DNA of 64,000 bases, taken from Eledone cirrhosa. Its lineage: Eukaryota. The stretch spans positions 22,692,001 to 22,756,000 of the forward strand of contig OZ024752.1 in assembly GCA_964016885.1 (NCBI GenBank). Direction: 5' to 3'. The notes under the pieces are model-generated. The model saw only the letters and a list, made by a program, of their open reading frames with translations, was not told the DNA's origin and ran no database searches. Of the stretch, positions 59,719 to 64,000 are shown in pieces (position 1 is the stretch's first letter; each line of letters starts with the position of its first letter). Both the position numbers and the translations under genes were made by a program.

Positions 59719-60887
59719 AGGTAACATGATATGAGGCCTAAAAACTCTTGTTTACAGGAAAGTGCAAAGCCTACATATGACATAAAATATAAGAGTAAGA
59801 AAAAGATAGGAAAATAGAAAAAAAGGGTAGAAGAAGGAGAAAAAGGAAAAAGAAAGTGAAGAGAGGAAAAAAGGAAAAAAGAAAGAAGGAAGAAAGAGAA
59901 AGAGAGAAAGAGAGACTTTTGATCAGGAACACTGTCAAAATGAAAACAGCTGTAAATAACGGCTAAAAAGTAAATTGATGAGGTGTATGTGCGAATATTA
60001 TAGATGGTATTCAAATATTAGAGGTATAAAATATAGAAACTGGTTATATTATTTTATATTGGGTTTAAATACTAAAACTTGGATTAAGAAGTGTAAAAAT
60101 GTATTAAAATAAAATAAAATAAAATTAAAATAAGTATAAAAAAGATTTTTATATAAAATAAAATAAAATAAAATAAAAAAATAAAAATAGTCTATCTATG
60201 TCAAAATTAAAAATTTCTATTAAAAATCTATATATGTGGGGTATACTATTTAATTATTTTATATCAAATAAATAAAGGAAATTGCTAGAAAGGTTTATAA
60301 ACGTAGAAAAAACATAAATTTAAAAAAAAAAAAAAAATATATATATATAATGTAGAATAAAAAAATAAATGATAATAATAGAAAAAAACTAGGTGGGACG
60401 GAAATAAAGGGACCCTTATACGAGGTATAAGTGCATGTATCGTACGAAGACGGGTCAACAAAAGGGGGGCCAGAATACTAAAGAGACTACCACGAAAATA
60501 ATAAAGGTTTCTACCCCAAACACAGGGCCAGCAACTATGCAGTGCAAGAAAGTAAACTAGTGCGAGAATATAATTCAGGGTCCCGCAAAAAAATACTGGT
60601 GCTAACTCTAAGGGTACCGCCACTACCAACGCATGAATGGGTCTACTTCACCCCCTCTCCCCTTTTCTCCTACCGGCAGGTTTAGCTACCCCTTCCCCCA
60701 CCAACTTGCCATCACAGATTTACTACTAACTTGTGATGTGACCAATCCTGGTGATTATCTCTTTGACCATATATGGAATTACCCCTTGATAAGTTCGGCT
60801 ATTTAAATACCAGAATTAATTTTTCATTCAGTACAGAATTAGCCGTCGAAACGGCTTGAGCTCAGCCGTCGGGGTCTTACTTGTTCC

Positions 60888-61023
60888 TATATGTATATAT
60901 ACGTGTATACATATGTATATATATATATATGTATATATATACGTATGTATATGTATATATACATATGTATATGTATATATATGTATATATATGTATATGT
61001 ATACATATATATGTATATGTATA

Positions 61024-61079
<56 letters not shown>

Positions 61080-61107
61080 TATACATATATTTATATATGT
61101 ATATATG

Positions 61108-61138
<31 letters not shown>

Positions 61139-61919
61139 GTATATATATATATATGTATATATATGTATATATATATATATATGTATATATATGTATATAT
61201 ATATATATATGTATATGTAAATATGTGTATGTATGTATATGTAAATATGTGTATATGTATGTATATGTATATATATATATATGTATATATATATGTATAT
61301 ATATATATAAGTATATATATATATATATATGTGTATATATAAGTATATATATATATATGTGTATATATAAGTATATATATATATGTGTATATACATATAT
61401 GTATGTGTATATATATATATGTGTTTATACATATATGTATGTGTATATATATATATCTATATATATGTATGTGTATATATGTATGTGTATATGTATATAT
61501 ATATATATATGTGTATATATGTATGTGTATATGTATATATATATATGTGTTTATACATATATGTATGTGTATATATATATATCTATATATATGTATGTGT
61601 ATATATGTATGTGTATATGTATATATATATATATATGTGTATATATGTATGTGTATATGTATATATATATATGTGTTTATACATATATGTATGTGTATAT
61701 ATATATATGTATGTGTGTATATGTATATATATATATATTTATATATATATATATATGTATATATGTATATATATATGTATGTATATATATATGTATATAT
61801 GTATGTATATATGTATATGTATATATATATGTATATGTATATGTATATGTATATATATATATGTATATATATATGTATATGTGTATGTATATATATATGT
61901 ATATATATATGTATATATA
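60888..61919. repeat. (TA)n array with TGTA interruptions (opposite polarity to the left arrays)
   Basis: Direct inspection. Confidence 0.99.
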
Positions 61920-62323
61920 CTAGCTGAGCTACCCGGTGATACCCGGGTATTTTATGAAAGTTACAATATATTTGGCACACATTACAAAATATTGCCCATT
62001 CAAATATGATTGCTGAATTTTAACCAAAGTAGGAATTATAACAGAATATTTATTGCCGTTTGGTCAAAGTAAATCATCTAGATAAAAATATTAGTTTTTT
62101 CCAGTTGTGATTTTTTGAATACTACTCCCTATTACAGTCAGCATATATAATGCTTTACTCATAGATGAATCATTAGGTATGTTGTCAGTGAAAAGGGCAT
62201 GACCCAAAAAATAGATTTAGATTATTTTTATTTATCCTTTTCTTTATTTTTTATTTTTTTTGCCCAATCTGAACCACTGAAATTCAAACAACATGTAAAG
62301 ACTATTTTAAAAACCATAAATAA

Positions 62324-62514
62324 AATAATTGTTTCTACTTTTGGCAGAAGGCCAGCAATTACCAGTGTATTACTGGTACTTTATTTTATCGACCTCATAA
62401 GGATGAAAGGCAAGGTTAACCTCGGCGGGATTTGAACTCAGAATGGCAAGGGCCATAACTCTATGTGTCAAAACATGGCGTCCGACCCTCTACCAATACT
62501 GCCAATCCACCGCC
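62324..62514 (-). mobile_element. tRNA-derived SINE nested in the Helitron
   Basis: Reverse complement of the 21410 family. Confidence 0.85.
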
Positions 62515-63077
62515 TTATATAATAAAATAATAAAATATATTTAGCATTGGTTTATGATTGAATGAAGCATTTACTTACTCATTTCTGTAATTTGTGGGAA
62601 AGTGTATTTAAATTTGTACACTGTAGCTTTCACCAATCTTTGCCTCTATGGCAGTAGGATCTTGTTTGAGGGAGATTTGTTTTCTATTTCTATTAGCTAT
62701 ACCAACAGTTATATTGGCTCACATGATATACATAGATACATACACACACATGTATGTGTGTAAGGCAGTTGTTTGTTATTTGAAATGGATTTTGCAAGTA
62801 GATCGAGTTATCACATAAAACCATTCCTTTTTGCTTCATACATATATACATACCTGAGAAAGTAAGGTGGGATTTGAAGGAAATTTGGCTGTTATTTCTA
62901 CCCAACAAAGTCCTCACTTATACTACTTTATATAGCAGAGGTACTCGGGAATGCCTGCATATTCTTCCAATGTAACACCATGCAGTAAACTTGCGGCTTC
63001 AGAATTCCTTGCAAACTACATGACTAAGGAATTAGGATCTGTGTGTATTGTCATTGAATGAGGAATTACGACACTGC

Positions 63078-64000
63078 TCATTCCAAAGCCTCTGGATAAA
63101 CAATATTGTTGGTTTTGCCCTGTGGTGCCACAATGAAGAGACAATCAGGGTTCCCAACCCTTGTACCAACATAGAGTTGACCATGCGAAAAGACAGGATC
63201 TACCAGATTCAAACCAACGACTTTCAATGATTGCCCTTGAGATTTATTAATGGTCATGGCAAAACTGAGCCTGATCGGAAATTGAAGTCTTTGAAATTCA
63301 AATGGCAAATCAGTTGGCTTCAGAGGTATTCTGGGAATGAAACAATTGTGATCAGCAAATTTTCCTGACATGATTGCAACATCTAGAACATTGAACATCA
63401 TATTTTTGATGTTGAGTCTGGTGCCATTACAAAGTTTTGGAGGATCCAGATTACGAATTAGCATAACCAATGCTCCAAGCTTCAGTATCAGGTTGTGTGG
63501 AGGAATTCCCGCTTGTTCAAGACTGTTCAAAAATTCAGTTGGATAGTTTACAACCTGGTCTTGAGAAGTGATTGTGTCAACTGATTTGTAGCATATTTTC
63601 TCTCCCAGTAACATCTCCAGCAGCCTTCTGTTGATTTCTTTCACAGCAACATTTTTAGGTGCTAATATTGCTTGTCACAGAGCCATTTCGGATCACATTG
63701 CCTGGTCTGAATGATTGGAAACATTCTGGCAATCAGTTCTTTTTCTGTGTCAATGATATTGCCAAATGACAACTGAATATGGTCATTGGAGTCCTTTTCA
63801 AGAAGTCCATTTCCCAATTTAAGTAGTTGGATGGCAAACTCACTGACACTTTCGTCACCAGTTAAGTGCACTCGCATGTTGGTTGTAAGGCTCAGCAGCT
63901 GAAAGTGGGTCAGACATAGGATGTTTTCAGACCTGATCAGCTCGAGTCCCTCGAAGAATTATAGACAGAGTTTGTCTGAAATCACCAGCAAGAACCATTG
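63078..64000 (-). pseudogene. Helitron RepHel PIF1-like helicase C-terminus (frameshift and small deletions)
   Basis: GDFRQTL, TTNMRV, YPTEFLNSL, LIRNL, LCNGTRL, IPRI, RLQFPIRLSFAMTINKSQGQSL, FSHGQLYV. Confidence 0.92.

Larger units (their letters stand above)
61920..64000 (-). mobile_element. Helitron, 3' part
   Basis: 3' hairpin TACCCGG-6nt-CCGGGTA (61930-61949), then CTAG followed by T on the minus strand; PIF1-type helicase upstream on the same strand. Confidence 0.88.

Overview
Eukaryotic, AT-rich, repeat-dense DNA, most likely an invertebrate; the SINE families and kilobase-long (TA)n arrays suggest an octopod cephalopod (inference, not verified). No host gene is confidently identifiable, and nearly all long ORFs in the track are translations of (TA)n. 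The left half is a set of 0.6-3.4 kb (TA)n/(TACA) arrays loaded with insertions: three about 99%-identical 5'-truncated RTE LINEs, a CR1-type LINE, two copies of a 610-bp bipartite non-autonomous RTE, and several Penelope-like (PLE) fold-back remnants. The right half holds a CR1/PLE/RTE chain, tRNA-derived SINEs, TTAA- and TA-type MITEs, a Buster/Charlie hAT transposon (inside a SINE, itself interrupted by an L1/Tx1 LINE), CRE-like fragments, 29-bp and 61-bp minisatellites and the 3' part of a Helitron. Main points of interest: (1) a complete C4HC3 PHD finger inserted inside the RTE reverse transcriptase domain; (2) about 11 minimal type I hammerhead ribozyme motifs, several in inverted repeats and several with recurrent core variants; (3) convergent occupation of (TA)n by unrelated element classes. 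All alignments and folds were done by eye, so boundaries are approximate unless TSDs or TIRs are quoted.
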